This document shows, one piece after another, positions 13,373-24,781 of a stretch of DNA of 64,000 bases. Each line of letters starts with the position of its first letter. Position 1 is the first letter of the stretch. This stretch comes from Azolla caroliniana. Its lineage: Eukaryota > Plantae > Polypodiophyta. The stretch is from contig JBHGNT010000011.1 of assembly GCA_043228905.1 (NCBI GenBank), positions 2,728,001 through 2,792,000 of the forward strand, given 5' to 3'. Below the pieces are notes generated by a model. It was given only the letters and a program-made list of their open reading frames with translations, made no database searches and had not been told where the DNA came from. Both the position numbers and the translations under genes were made by a program.

Positions 13373-14383
13373 CAATCTAATCTTCTGCGGGTTTCATTTC
13401 ACACTAGGGCGGACAAAAGTTACCCTTGTTTTGTGTCCACCCCTTCCAAACCTCTCGTGTCGTGTCTCGCTCAACGTATATTCATATAATGGGCTCATCT
13501 GTACTTAAAACACACCACTTTTTGAACCCTTGTTCTAGAATCAATATGAGCTCGAATATATGTATATCAGTGAGAACTTGGCAAGCTGATCTTCTTGCCA
13601 TTTCCAAATCTCCCATTGCCGCACCCGATCTACCTTTGTAAGAGAAGAAAGATGGGTTCCTTTTGCTTGGCCGAAGATTATCGAGTCTTAAATAGAGTTA
13701 CGGTCTGAAAACCAAGCATGCATTGCTTGTAAGCCCAACGTTGTTTTGAGTACTTGAATGGAGTTAAATACTTCACACAGTTCTGTTTTTATCCTGGTGT
13801 TTACGTTCTCCTTGTTACCTCTTTGCTTCCTTCACTCATTATTATATCATTTTTTCCTTCCTTCAATGAGCAAGGTTTGTCTCTGGGTCTTACAAAAAGC
13901 TCACCAATGGCTCCAAAAATAAATCTTAGACTCCCTTCTAATGGTGTTGTCATGAAGTACACGTATGTGTGCTACTTCAGCGGGACCACCGGGAACTTGA
14001 ATGAGAGAGGATTGATGACTCGAAGGCTCGTTAGAGTCGAATGATCGTCTGAGTTGAAAGGTCCTAAGAGTCAAAGGCTTTGTAGAGTTGAAAGTAAGTA
14101 AGAGTCGAAAGTAGGTCCATGAGAATCAAGTTCAACCTAGTCTAGTGTGTGAACACACCTTGAGAGTGTATGAATGCTCAAAGGTCAAACATCACCACTA
14201 CTCTCTACACATTAACTGTGTCATAGAATCATATTCTATGACACATAACTAATGAGTTTCCACATTCCCCATGACCAATGAGCTTCGGTAGTTAATGAAG
14301 AGAGAGGATGACTATATAAAGTACCCTCCTCCTACTTTGTAATGTGTCGGTTAATCTCATTTGTAATATACAATTCTCTTGAT

Positions 14384-14501
14384 TAGGGATCGGTAATGGT
14401 TCGGTTTAGGCTTAGCCGGTTTGGCCTGATCCAAGCCAAACCGGCTAAGCCTAAACCATTTAAGGGATCTCAAACCTGAACTGAACCGTTTCACAAACCG
14501 G
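14384..14501. mobile_element. hAT/MITE-like terminal fragment with a perfect 23-bp hairpin
   Basis: Begins TAGGGATCGGTAATGGTTCGG. GGTTTAGGCTTAGCCGGTTTGGC (14403-14425) and its exact reverse complement (14435-14457) flank a 9-nt loop. Interrupted by an LTR at 14502. Confidence 0.45.
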
Positions 14502-16012
14502 TGTCGTGAAGATCCGTCACTAAGCGCGGATCGTGAGGTGGAACCACCGGGGTCCTGGACCGGAAGGATTCGAAGTTGGCACAAGCTTTAGCGAGAAAGT
14601 ATTTAAGATAGATTGAGAGAGAGAGAAATTGAGATTAAACGCTTGACTTTAGATTGAGAGAGATTAAGATTGAACTTTTAACTTTTAGATTTAAGAAACA
14701 AGATATATCATCAATTGGATGACGAATTTTCTTCTTATTAAATTCTTCAATAATACATTATATTTTCTCCCCCTTTTCTCTTCTTTTATCTCCTCTTTTA
14801 TAGATGCCCTCATGCATATGATACATGTGATGCATGTTTGCCATTTGGCGCTCATGCATGATAATCATGTCACTCATTCAAGGTTTCATGTATGAGAATT
14901 TACATGTAAAGCTACAATGATACAAATATAATTTTAAGAAAATGTCTTGGCTTTTCAACTTGGAGGTGCAAGGTTGGGTTTACCGGCTCCGTCGCCGGTC
15001 CACCCACCCCCACCAAACCGCACGTCCTCTAGTACGTTGTCGCGAAGATGCGCGTGCAAGCGTGCTTCGCTTGAGCGGGACCACCGGGGTCTTGGACCAA
15101 GGAGGATGTCCGTCAAGGTATTGAGAAGAGGACGATGTGAATGTACGATTGGAGGAAGACCTATTACACTTGAGAAGATTGAAGATTGTACACTTTGAGA
15201 AGTAGATAAATAATTACAAGATAGATGCGAAGAAGAAGAAATAGAAGCTTATATTATTGATGGTGATGATGATGGTCATATCATATTGAGCCCCCCCGCT
15301 CGTTGCTATCCTGCACCAAATCATAAAGAGGGCTGGTGAGGGAATCGCGGCCACAGACGGTGCAGGTCGCCTAGAGGAAGGTGCGTGCGATCTGCACCGT
15401 CAGATTTCGATAAGGAAGAGCGCGCGAAAAAAAAAGTTGTCAGAGGTCGCCCAACTCTGAGTCGATGGTCACCCAACCTTGTCAGAGGTCACCCAACTCT
15501 GAGTCGATGGTCACCCAACCCTGTCAGAGGTCACCCAACTCTGAGTCGTTGGTCGCCCAACCGAAATTGGTCACCCAACTATGACTGTTGCAAGTTGCCC
15601 AACCGTTTTAGGTCACCCAACCCTGACAGTTACAGGTTGCCCAACCGATTGGTCTCCCAACCGTTGCAGGTCGCCCAACCAAATGTATCATTCCAACCAA
15701 AATCTTCAAATAAGCTTGTTAATTACCCTTAAAACTTACAATAACATATCAAATAGTCACAAAATTCAACCTTAAAATACTTAAAACCGACGATCTTTAC
15801 CATACTTATGTTAAAACAAATAATCATATTAAAACATAAATGTTGAAAGTTAAAAAACATTTAAAACATAAAACGAAGAATGTAAACTTACAATAACATA
15901 TCAAATAGTCACAAAATTCAACCTTAAATTACTTAAAACCGACGATCTTTACCATACTTCTGTTAAAACAAATAATCCTGGCAAAACATAAAAGTTGAAA
16001 GTTACCAAACAT

Positions 16013-18937
16013 TTATGGCTCATCCGGAGATGATGGCAAGATGCGACCACAATTCTTGCAACAATCAACATTTGAGTCCCTTGATCTAAAGGTCAAGGCA
16101 TCGCAATGCAAGCATCGCATTTTATCTGTCGCACATATTGGCAACCGCCTCCTAGCTCGACTTGCGCCTCTTTGCATTTTTCCTGTGTGTGCCTTGGAAG
16201 TGTTTGGGGAGCTGCCAATAAGATCTTGTGAAATGTTGATTGATGCTCCCCTTTTTGCACCAATTGCTTGCTTACGCCCTATGGATCCACGGTCTTCTTC
16301 GTTAGTTGGTTTCGGTGCACCTGTGTGATACACCAATGTCTCACTTGTTTCTTGAATGGACTCCATACATGCCAAAATTGCTGCACAGTCGAGGGATTGT
16401 AACCCTTGCTTAAAACATTGAATAGCCCCCTCAAGCGTTTGTAATTTCGACAAACATTCCTCCACTCGTGATGTTATAGGGTTTGTCTCCTCGACTGGTT
16501 CTACCTCTGTCTCCATTTCCGTCTCTGTGAAATGGTCATTGCGCATATAGGTTGCATGATCTATAAAAGGCAATGACCCACATAGATGTGGCATGTGCCT
16601 CTCAATAATCATCCTGATGCCAAGTATATGCTTACATTTACTCGCAGGGTCGTGGCAATCACAATATGAACATTGGAGCGATACATTATACCATACATCC
16701 GGTTTTGTCAAGCTCAATATTTTAAACCAATATCGAGGCTCTTCCACAATATGCATTGTCGCATTATTAGTTTCATACCTCTCTAGTAGCCTTTCGGCCT
16801 CTTTAAGTCTAGTTGTTTGATCCCTACAATTTGCACGTGGTGCAAATCTACCACTCTCACATATTTCTTGTCGTTGCTTGTACCATTCAATAACAGTACC
16901 CCCGATGCAAGTGCCAGTTTGACTGTCCCCGATTAAAACATGCACAAGATCGGTAATTGATCGGTTTATCCTCCCTCTTAAGGCAGTATATTTGATAAAC
17001 TGCCAATGTCTCTCCACAAGATTGGTAGTGTCAACATGTCCGTAGTTGAACATTCTACCAAATTTGGGCCACAGTTTCCTCCACACACATGTCAAGCCAC
17101 ACCATCCTCCTTCTATATATTGCCAAACACCTGGCTTGTTTGCATATTCTACCTTTAAGTCCTCACATTGGGCATTGAATGTGGATTCCGTAATGCATTG
17201 CATGAGTTGGCACATCCGATTATAAAGGTGGTTTCTCTCACTTGCACTTACCTTTGGCAACAAGTTGTCCAACCATGCTTTTTTTGCATGGAAGTGACAC
17301 AACAAAAGTCGACAATGTGTTTGCGACCTTTGCCCATTTGTAACTATCCAAGATAATCGGTCTGTTGCAACCACATTACTTATGGCATTATACGATGTCC
17401 AACTTTTATCGATGACTATGGCATTTGGCCTCACATTGGGCATCCGTGCAAATATGACTCTCAAGCAAGTTTCTAAAGCTACTTGCTCATGGTTAGACCC
17501 CTTATCAGAACTACATATCATGTACCATAATGGGATACCAACTCCCATGGCATTTGGAGCCACAGCTGCATATAATGGCAAGCCAAATTGGTTTGTTTTA
17601 AACGTGGAGTCGATTGCCCAAGAGTTGTTTATCGACAGTCGCTCACACATCTCTAACATCCATTCATCTTGGAGCACCAAGATGAACGGTTGCCTTGCGG
17701 GAGATCCATATTCACCAGGCAAGTAGGGTTGGACATGAGCCACCTTCCCAAGATCTCGGAGGGCATAGGCATCTTGCATCATCAAAGACCAATCAACCCC
17801 TGACATGGCACTCCCGATTTTTAACTTGTTGGCCATGTTATTGACCTCCTTTGGTATCATAAAGAACCTATAACTCACAAGGTCTAATGGACTAGCCTTG
17901 GACTTATGATATGCTTCCTTACGCATGCTCATCCGTGCCACGTGTCGTGCGCAACCAACATCAAAAAGGTCATCTCTACAACAACTTATAACATTTGGGG
18001 CCACTGGCAAATAGTATGCATCTGGTCTACTTCCCGGTACATGACCCGTATGAGGTCCATATATTGAAAGGGTCACTGTCCCATGGTCAACCCCGCCATT
18101 CATTCGAGCGTTCACATGAAAAGTACACCCACATCGAGATGAATGCTTTCTACGTCGAGTGCATGGATATTGCTTGTTGGCCACACCGGATCGGTGACAA
18201 TTATACCTAGTCACATGTGCACCCCTTGTGACCCCTGTACGAAAGCGTGTGTGATACCTCAATTGAACATCTATCAACGTATCATCAACCCTATGTGCCT
18301 CTATCTTGATCACTTCTATGGGTCTAGACTTTTTATATTTCACGACACTTGTCCCCTCCATGTCAGATGGAGTTAACCTCGACACAACTTGACAACCGCA
18401 TTGGTCAATCACTGCTTTCACATACGCACTAGGGATCCCATAGTCACGAAGGTCATTGGACCAATTTCTCTTTAATTCTGTCAGAGTACCTGTCAAAGAA
18501 CGGTGCGATGCGCCACAATGTGACGCCAATACTATCTCCCTCCATTTCTCTACGTGCGTAATCTGAAGATGAGGCGATGCCTTAAGGTGTATTGCATTCT
18601 CATTCATAAGCGTGAGACGACTCTTCATGCGCCTCCATGCATGTAAATTAAGAGGTGCCCCCCTTGCGAGTGTGCTTAATATTTCAAATGTTACCTTAAC
18701 TTGACCTAATAAATCTTTAAGCATTAAATCGTACATACCTCTAGTGAACGCAATATACCTCGCCGAACAATACATGAAGGGATCAACCTCCTCCGCCTCT
18801 TCTTCGGATGAAGCCGACTCATAGTCTTCGGATGTAGACGAATCCAAGTCATCGTCGATGGTTGTGGAGTATGGTGATGCATAACCATCCTCAGAATCAT
18901 ACAAGGACGTGATTAAATCTATTTCGTTGGGATTCAT
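16013..18937 (-). CDS. MULE/Mutator DDE transposase with SWIM zinc finger, 974 aa, uninterrupted
   Basis: WAIDSTFKTNQFGLPLY (D1), IVIDKS (D2), LLCHFH (CxxH), TTNLVERHW (E), SWIM CDCHDPASKCKH, and an N-terminal WRKY/FAR1-like CHRSG...RCGC...HTGH. Confidence 0.9.
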   Translation of the reverse strand: MNPNEIDLITSLYDSEDGYASPYSTTIDDDLDSSTSEDYESASSEEEAEEVDPFMYCSARYIAFTRGMYDLMLKDLLGQVKVTFEILSTLARGAPLNLHAWRRMKSRLTLMNENAIHLKASPHLQITHVEKWREIVLASHCGASHRSLTGTLTELKRNWSNDLRDYGIPSAYVKAVIDQCGCQVVSRLTPSDMEGTSVVKYKKSRPIEVIKIEAHRVDDTLIDVQLRYHTRFRTGVTRGAHVTRYNCHRSGVANKQYPCTRRRKHSSRCGCTFHVNARMNGGVDHGTVTLSIYGPHTGHVPGSRPDAYYLPVAPNVISCCRDDLFDVGCARHVARMSMRKEAYHKSKASPLDLVSYRFFMIPKEVNNMANKLKIGSAMSGVDWSLMMQDAYALRDLGKVAHVQPYLPGEYGSPARQPFILVLQDEWMLEMCERLSINNSWAIDSTFKTNQFGLPLYAAVAPNAMGVGIPLWYMICSSDKGSNHEQVALETCLRVIFARMPNVRPNAIVIDKSWTSYNAISNVVATDRLSWIVTNGQRSQTHCRLLLCHFHAKKAWLDNLLPKVSASERNHLYNRMCQLMQCITESTFNAQCEDLKVEYANKPGVWQYIEGGWCGLTCVWRKLWPKFGRMFNYGHVDTTNLVERHWQFIKYTALRGRINRSITDLVHVLIGDSQTGTCIGGTVIEWYKQRQEICESGRFAPRANCRDQTTRLKEAERLLERYETNNATMHIVEEPRYWFKILSLTKPDVWYNVSLQCSYCDCHDPASKCKHILGIRMIIERHMPHLCGSLPFIDHATYMRNDHFTETEMETEVEPVEETNPITSRVEECLSKLQTLEGAIQCFKQGLQSLDCAAILACMESIQETSETLVYHTGAPKPTNEEDRGSIGRKQAIGAKRGASINISQDLIGSSPNTSKAHTGKMQRGASRARRRLPICATDKMRCLHCDALTFRSRDSNVDCCKNCGRILPSSPDEP

Positions 18938-18943
18938 CTCGAA

Positions 18944-19405
18944 TGAATCTAACTAATCTGATTAAGAATCTAACTAATCTGGTTATAAGAATCTAACTAA
19001 TCTGATTATAACTTATTAAGAATCCCCCTAATATGATTAAGACTCTAACTAATCTTATTAAGAATCTAACTAATGTGATTAAGAATAACCCTAATCTGAT
19101 TAAGAATCTAACTAATCTTATTAAGAATCTACAAAATCTGATTATAACTGATTAAGAATCTAACTAAGATGATTAAGAATCTAACTAATCTGATTAAGAA
19201 TCCCCCTAATCTGATTAAGAATCTAACTAATCTTATTAAGAATCTACAAAATCTGATTATAACTGATTAAGAATCTAACTAAGATGATTAAGAATCTAAC
19301 TAATCTGATTAAGAATCCCCCTAATCTGATTAAGAATCTAACTAATCTTATTAAGAATCTAACTAATCTGATTATAACTGATTAAGAATATAACTAATCC
19401 TGATT
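18944..19405. repeat. ~21-bp AT-rich tandem repeat (AAGAATCTAACTAATCTGATT) just upstream of the transposase ATG
   Basis: About 20 degenerate copies are directly visible. Confidence 0.9.
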
Positions 19406-19560
19406 AGCTTTTAGAGATTGTGCAAAATAAGAATGTGATTAAGACGCAGAATGTGATTATAAGACAGATATTGGAGATGCAATGAGCTATGATTAAAATG
19501 ACAGAGAATGTGATTAATTTACATGTTAAGATGACCGTTTTTCTGGCCGTTTACATAACA

Positions 19561-19837
19561 GGTTGGGCGACCTGGTTGGGTGACCAAAACAAAAGATAAT
19601 TAATTTTAAAAGGTTTGGGCGACCTGGTTGGGTGACCAAAACAAAAGATAATTAATTTTAAAAGGTTTGGGCAACCTGGTTGGGTGACCAAAACAAAAGA
19701 TAATTAATTTTAAAAGGTTTGGGCAACCTAGTTGGGTGACCATAACAAAAGATAATTAATTTTAAAAGGTTTGGGCAACCTGGTTGGGTGACCATAACAA
19801 AAGATAATTAATTTTAACCTGGTTGGGTGACCATAAC
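19561..19837. repeat. 52-bp tandem repeat containing GGTTGGGTGACC (the element's subterminal motif)
   Basis: Units at 19574, 19626, 19678 and onward, ~5 copies. Confidence 0.9.
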
Positions 19838-20109
19838 AATACCACAACTTGCGATTGGTTTAAAACCATACATTCAGATCATCCACAATATTCAGATTGA
19901 GATAAATACATTCAGATTGAGATAAATAATTGTTGTAAACAACATTTCCATTAATAAGTAATCGCGATATACAATGAGTCGATTCTCACTATACAAAATT
20001 TTTGGGGATTCCAAAATATAGTTACAACATCAGCTCTATAGCCAAATCTGTGCTGAAAACAACATTCACAAAATTTACAATATGGAGCCACCGGTCGCAG
20101 GTGCAAATC

Positions 20110-21930
20110 CTAATACCGATCGTGCCCACTCGTCCACATGAATCCGAAGTGAATCCACTTCGCGTTTGGTGAACCACATCTCTGTGCCCTATAACCAAAT
20201 ATGTATAAGAACACATCTATACACAATCCACATGAACAAGGAATTGCAATTACACTTACAAAAGTCGAAGATATCCATCCTTGTAAGAACTCCCTCACCA
20301 ACATTTGGATAGTCTTCATCACATAAAAGCCACAATCCCAACAATTTGGCTATGTTGGGATGTGCAGTACCTGATGTCGACCATTGGGCACAATGGTGTG
20401 GTCTGACGGTTCAGATGAAATTGTCCGAATCGCCAACTCTGCCATTCTCCGCATGTTGTCTGTTGCTGGTCTGTTCAATGGATCGCAGAAGACTACTTTG
20501 CTAGTTAGCTTAGAAGCTTGTTGTCGCATGGTGAACCACAAGTTCCAATGCCCATCAAGCACGCTCGGAATGAACGTAATCTCACATTGCGCAACTTTCT
20601 TAAGGATGTCTTGCTCCTTCATTGCCTGCTGGTGTAGCTGCACCCATAGTGGGTCGACGATGGTGAAGCGTTCTGTCACCTCGAGTGGCAATGAGTATTC
20701 CATCCACAACGTGAATAAGGTCATAGTCCATGTCGATGCCATTTCACGACTCTTGCATATGGTCTCAAGATCTGACTCGGTAACATCAAGGGCCATATCG
20801 AGACGTGGGCAAGTTAGCTGGTACCTGAATGCATGGAAATATGTAATTTTGAGTAGGTAAATCACACTCCATGTCAATTAGTAAGATACTAGTTTATATT
20901 TCACTTAAACCCTACCTGGAAAAGTGTTTATTTGGGGTTTGAATCCATAACCTTATGCCCTTGCCATGTTGAATTTGAACTATGGCCACATCCGATGCAG
21001 CGTCATCTGAATCTGATGTTAGGGAAACAACATCAGTGTTTGACTCGACCTCCTTCCGTCAGATTGGCATTTTTGGTCGTCTCTGTCTCGGTGGAGTGGA
21101 CACACCACCCTCAGATGGGTTTTGACTCTCATCCACATCCGTGGACACACCCTGCGGTTGGGTGGATATCCCCGCCTTTTTACACTGTTTCACCACAATA
21201 AGACACATCTTATTATCTGAATTTTGCCAATAAACCCTCCAACAATCTGAAATGAAATCCTCACTCATACTTACATAAGAATCCAAACCAGCTGCTATCT
21301 TCTTCGTCAACATCTCCAAACGCTCATCCTTATTGGAGTCGTATATAGTCATCTCTTTGTCCATAAATCGTGCCACGAACTCTGCCTGTGTGGCAAGACG
21401 GAGTTCAGCAGGAATAGAGTTGTATTTCGAAACAGCCCTAACCTTCAACTTTCGGATATATTTTTGTCGATTTCTGTAGTACTTGATTTCCGGGTCCATG
21501 AATCTTTTGAGTGATCTTTGACGCTCATAACTGTTAAAGCATGCCCCCGGAATACCCTCCTCCTCCTCTATATGCATCCCTCGTGGTAGGACTACGTCTA
21601 TTGCATGTTCTCTGCGTAAATGTGACTCCATGTCACTTTTTTTCCGATACCACCTTGGCGAGAGGCGGCAAAACTCAGTGTAGATACATGCACGAGCCTT
21701 GTTCCCATTTGCATCTCTTCCAACCTTATACAACAAGTCGGGACGAGGAGCAACTGTTCCTTCTGCACCTATGTTACATATTTAAGATTGACATAAAGAT
21801 TGGCATAAAGATTGAGATATTGCAACGACACCAAATCCACATACCATTTGGAGGAGCATCTTGGTCCATTTTGTCCTCACTCGTACACATGTCGGCTCCT
21901 CGACTTCGCCAATGTCTTCTAACGAAGACC
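20110..21930 (-). pseudogene. Multi-exon C2H2-like Zn finger + ULP1/C48 peptidase gene of MULE C, with two premature stops
   Basis: GT-AG introns 21844-21769 (phase 1) and 20915-20825 (phase 2) join the ORF pieces in frame. Triad motifs are GHWNL, FCDPL and [Q]PNCWDCG. Stops TGA (21061-21059) and TAG (20352-20350) interrupt an otherwise open frame. Confidence 0.75.
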
Positions 21931-24781
21931 CTTTAACAAATCACGAGTCAACATACATGCATCAAACCCTAAACCATTCTTGGGGGAGATTGGTTCGTGA
22001 CATACCTCTCTTGAGTTGGATATATATCACTGTTATCGAAATCCCACCAATCTTTGTACTTGGAGTTGGAAGTCATCTACCACCATTCAAGTAATCAAAC
22101 ATTTTTTGATTTTAGTACTCAAACACACAAAATATCAAGTTTAAGCAAGCAAATCATTAAAACCAACAATCAAAATATAGATGATTAAATCAAGTTTAAG
22201 CAAGCAAATCTAGTGAACGCAAGATCATAATAAGTTTGATAGGCCTCACCTATAGTGTGGATAAGAGTGGTTACATCCTCTCCTAGATTATGCCTTCAAG
22301 ATACTGGCTGGGATTAGAGTGGCTGGAAATCAACAAAGCCTTGCCTATTAGATCCTATTATACTTCACTTATGGTTCGCTTATCTTCTTGTCTATAGTGA
22401 CTCTAAACCCTAAAGCTTAAACATGTCTATGCATCAATATGGTCCATACAATCTTCTTGTCTATAGTGACTCTAAACCCTAAAGCTTAAACATGTCTATG
22501 CATCAATATGGTCCATACAATCTTGCTTGTTTTCATTATTATTAAGAAGCGATGAATATAACATTGTGGAAGATATAATAACAAGGAGCATACCTGGGAA
22601 TAGTGATGGAGGAGATCGATTTGTGATGGAGGAGATCGATTTGTGCAGCCACAGACGATTTGTGATGGAGGAGCTCCCACCTCTTTCCCGGCAAACCCAA
22701 CCTGTCAATCTCGTTTGAAAAAATGACAGATTATGACAGGTTTAGGGCTTTTATAGACATCCCTAAAGGAGTCTCCCAACCTGGATAAACAGGTCTCCCA
22801 ACTGTTTTAAAAATCAACAGTTGGGTGACCTGCTTCTTTTATTGAGTTGGTTGGGTGACCAACTCAATATAAACTCTAAAGGAGTCTCCCAACCTGGATA
22901 AACAGGTCGCCCAACTGTTTTAAAAATCAACAGTTGGGTGACCTGCTTCTTTTATTGAGTTGGTTGGGTGACCAACTCAATATAAACTCTAAAGGAGTCT
23001 CCCAACCTGGTTAAACAGGTCACCCAACCTATTTAAAAATAAACAGTTGGGTGACCTGCTTTTTTTTTTGAGTTGGTTGGGTGACCAAATCAACCAAAAA
23101 TTTAAAAAAAAAACGGTTGGGAGACCTCTGACAGGGTTGGGCGACCGCCTGCGCAGCTTTTTTTTTGCGCCTTCTTCCTCATCCAAATCGGACGGTGCAA
23201 ATCACACGCGCCTTCCCTGAGCGACCTGCACCGTCTGTGGCCGCGATTCCCTCACCAGGCCTCTTTATGATTTGTGTCATAATAGACACGTCGAGCCCCC
23301 CCCTTTACACAAGCCGTACTAGGGGTTTTATAGGTTTGTCCATGCACAAAACCATGGGCTTGGAGCCATGGTTTCTATGCACACAGTTTTGCTTTATGAC
23401 ATGCAAGAAACCATGGGCTTAAAACTGTGGTTTTGTGTACACGGTTTTGTTCGTTTGTTTCCTACGGAATACTGAATATGAGAAAGAAATATAGAACATC
23501 TAAAGCACTTAGTAGTAGCTTTAGTGGTAAGGAAATTGCCTCTTATCTTAGAGGTGCAAGGTTCAAATCCTACTTGCAACCCTCTACATGCACTCAATGT
23601 CATTGGGACCTAGGTTTATTTATTTTCATTTTTACAAGTATTCGTGAAATGTGTGTGGATCCTCAATTTTTGACTTTTTCTCGCACTAGACATGCCACAT
23701 CACGACAACGTGCCAAGAAGAGAGAATGTGACATTTCGGCAATGGTGATCAGCATGACTCCTCAACGTCAAACATGTCTGTTTCTTTGTACTCGAATCAT
23801 TGTTGCCACCCAATCCACCATATCATTCGTTTTTTCTTTGCTTTAGCATGACTTGTTGTCATGGCCCCTTGCTCTCTTCTTGAGGATAATCGTTTAAGTC
23901 TCATGAATGTTCCACCTTTCTCTCGATCGTCTCCTTGCTCAAGGCACTTCGACTCGTTCACAATAGTTTCTTTGATAAATGTTTTGATCACATCTTTCGG
24001 ATCCTCATGGCTTGCTTGGCCATCGCCATCCCTTGTCATATTTTGCTCAAACTCTTTGTTGCACATATCAGCTTTAACCCTTGCTTCTTCCCCATCACTA
24101 TCCTTCTCTTGGGTCTTACACCGGTTAATGCCCAAGTCTCTAGAACGAGTGTGGAGGGACCCATACATTTCCATCGTTCGCCTTTTTCGTGTTGCACTTA
24201 GCCATTTCCATCTTAAAGTTGCTCGAATCAGCATTGACCTTTGCTTCCTCGCCGCCAGCTTCCGTCTCTTGGGTCTTACATCGGTTAATGCCCAAGTCTC
24301 TAGAACTAGTGCGGGGAAAAACTCTTCATGGACATTCACCATCTTCGCGTTGACGTCATTTTCCATAGATATTCCTTCAAACTCATGGGCCTCGTACCCA
24401 TCGATCCTTTTTATTGCAATCCTTTATTATGCTTCTCTCTTCACCGCATGTATTAGTTTCGATCTTCAATTCTTCGCCATCACCTCCGTCTCTTGGTCCT
24501 TCTCTTCCTTTTCACCACCATCCGTCTCTTGGGTCTCACGTTGGTTCCCAGACGCAACCGCCCAAGTCTCTAGATGAAGTGTTAGGAAAGTCTCCACATG
24601 ACCATCTGTCATCGACTCGTTCAAATCTATCTTCGTCTCGATGTTGTGCACACCATCTTGGTCCTTCTCCTTACTACCACCTTCCATCTCTTGGGTCTCA
24701 TGTTGGTTCTTGGACGCAACTTCCCAAGTCTTTGGAACTTGTGTGAAGGAATCCTCGATGTGGCCATCTGCCATTAATTCT

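Larger units (their letters stand above)
15298..23293 (-). mobile_element. Mutator-like (MULE) element C, ~8.0 kb, potentially autonomous
   Basis: Imperfect ~140-bp TIRs, perfect 9-bp TSD AGCCCCCCC (15289-15297 and 23294-23302), subterminal GGTC(A/G)CCCAAC arrays (42-bp units left, 113-bp units right), a transposase ORF and a ULP1 gene. Confidence 0.92.
15038..23707. mobile_element. Solo LTR (~665 bp; TGTCGCG...CACGACA) with ACGT TSD, split by MULE C
   Basis: TG...CA ends; ACGT at 15034-15037 and 23708-23711; the empty site is seen at 31737-31740 in a sister copy. Confidence 0.8.
14502..24781 (-). mobile_element. Gypsy LTR retroelement remnant (partly deleted 3' LTR from 14502, PPT region ~15001-15016, internal region 23712-24781); hosts a solo LTR and MULE C
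   Basis: 14502-14975 is homologous to the LTR at 30675-31140. CCCCCACCAAACCGCACGTCCTCTAGTACGT joined to GCCAAGAAGAGAG (23712) reconstitutes the uninterrupted sequence seen at 31710-31755. Confidence 0.7.

Noticed and set aside
23797-24774. 189-aa and 238-aa ORFs
   Set aside because: They lie in the repetitive 3' interior of a Gypsy remnant (recurrent GCCCAAGTCTCTAGA units); no domain recognised.
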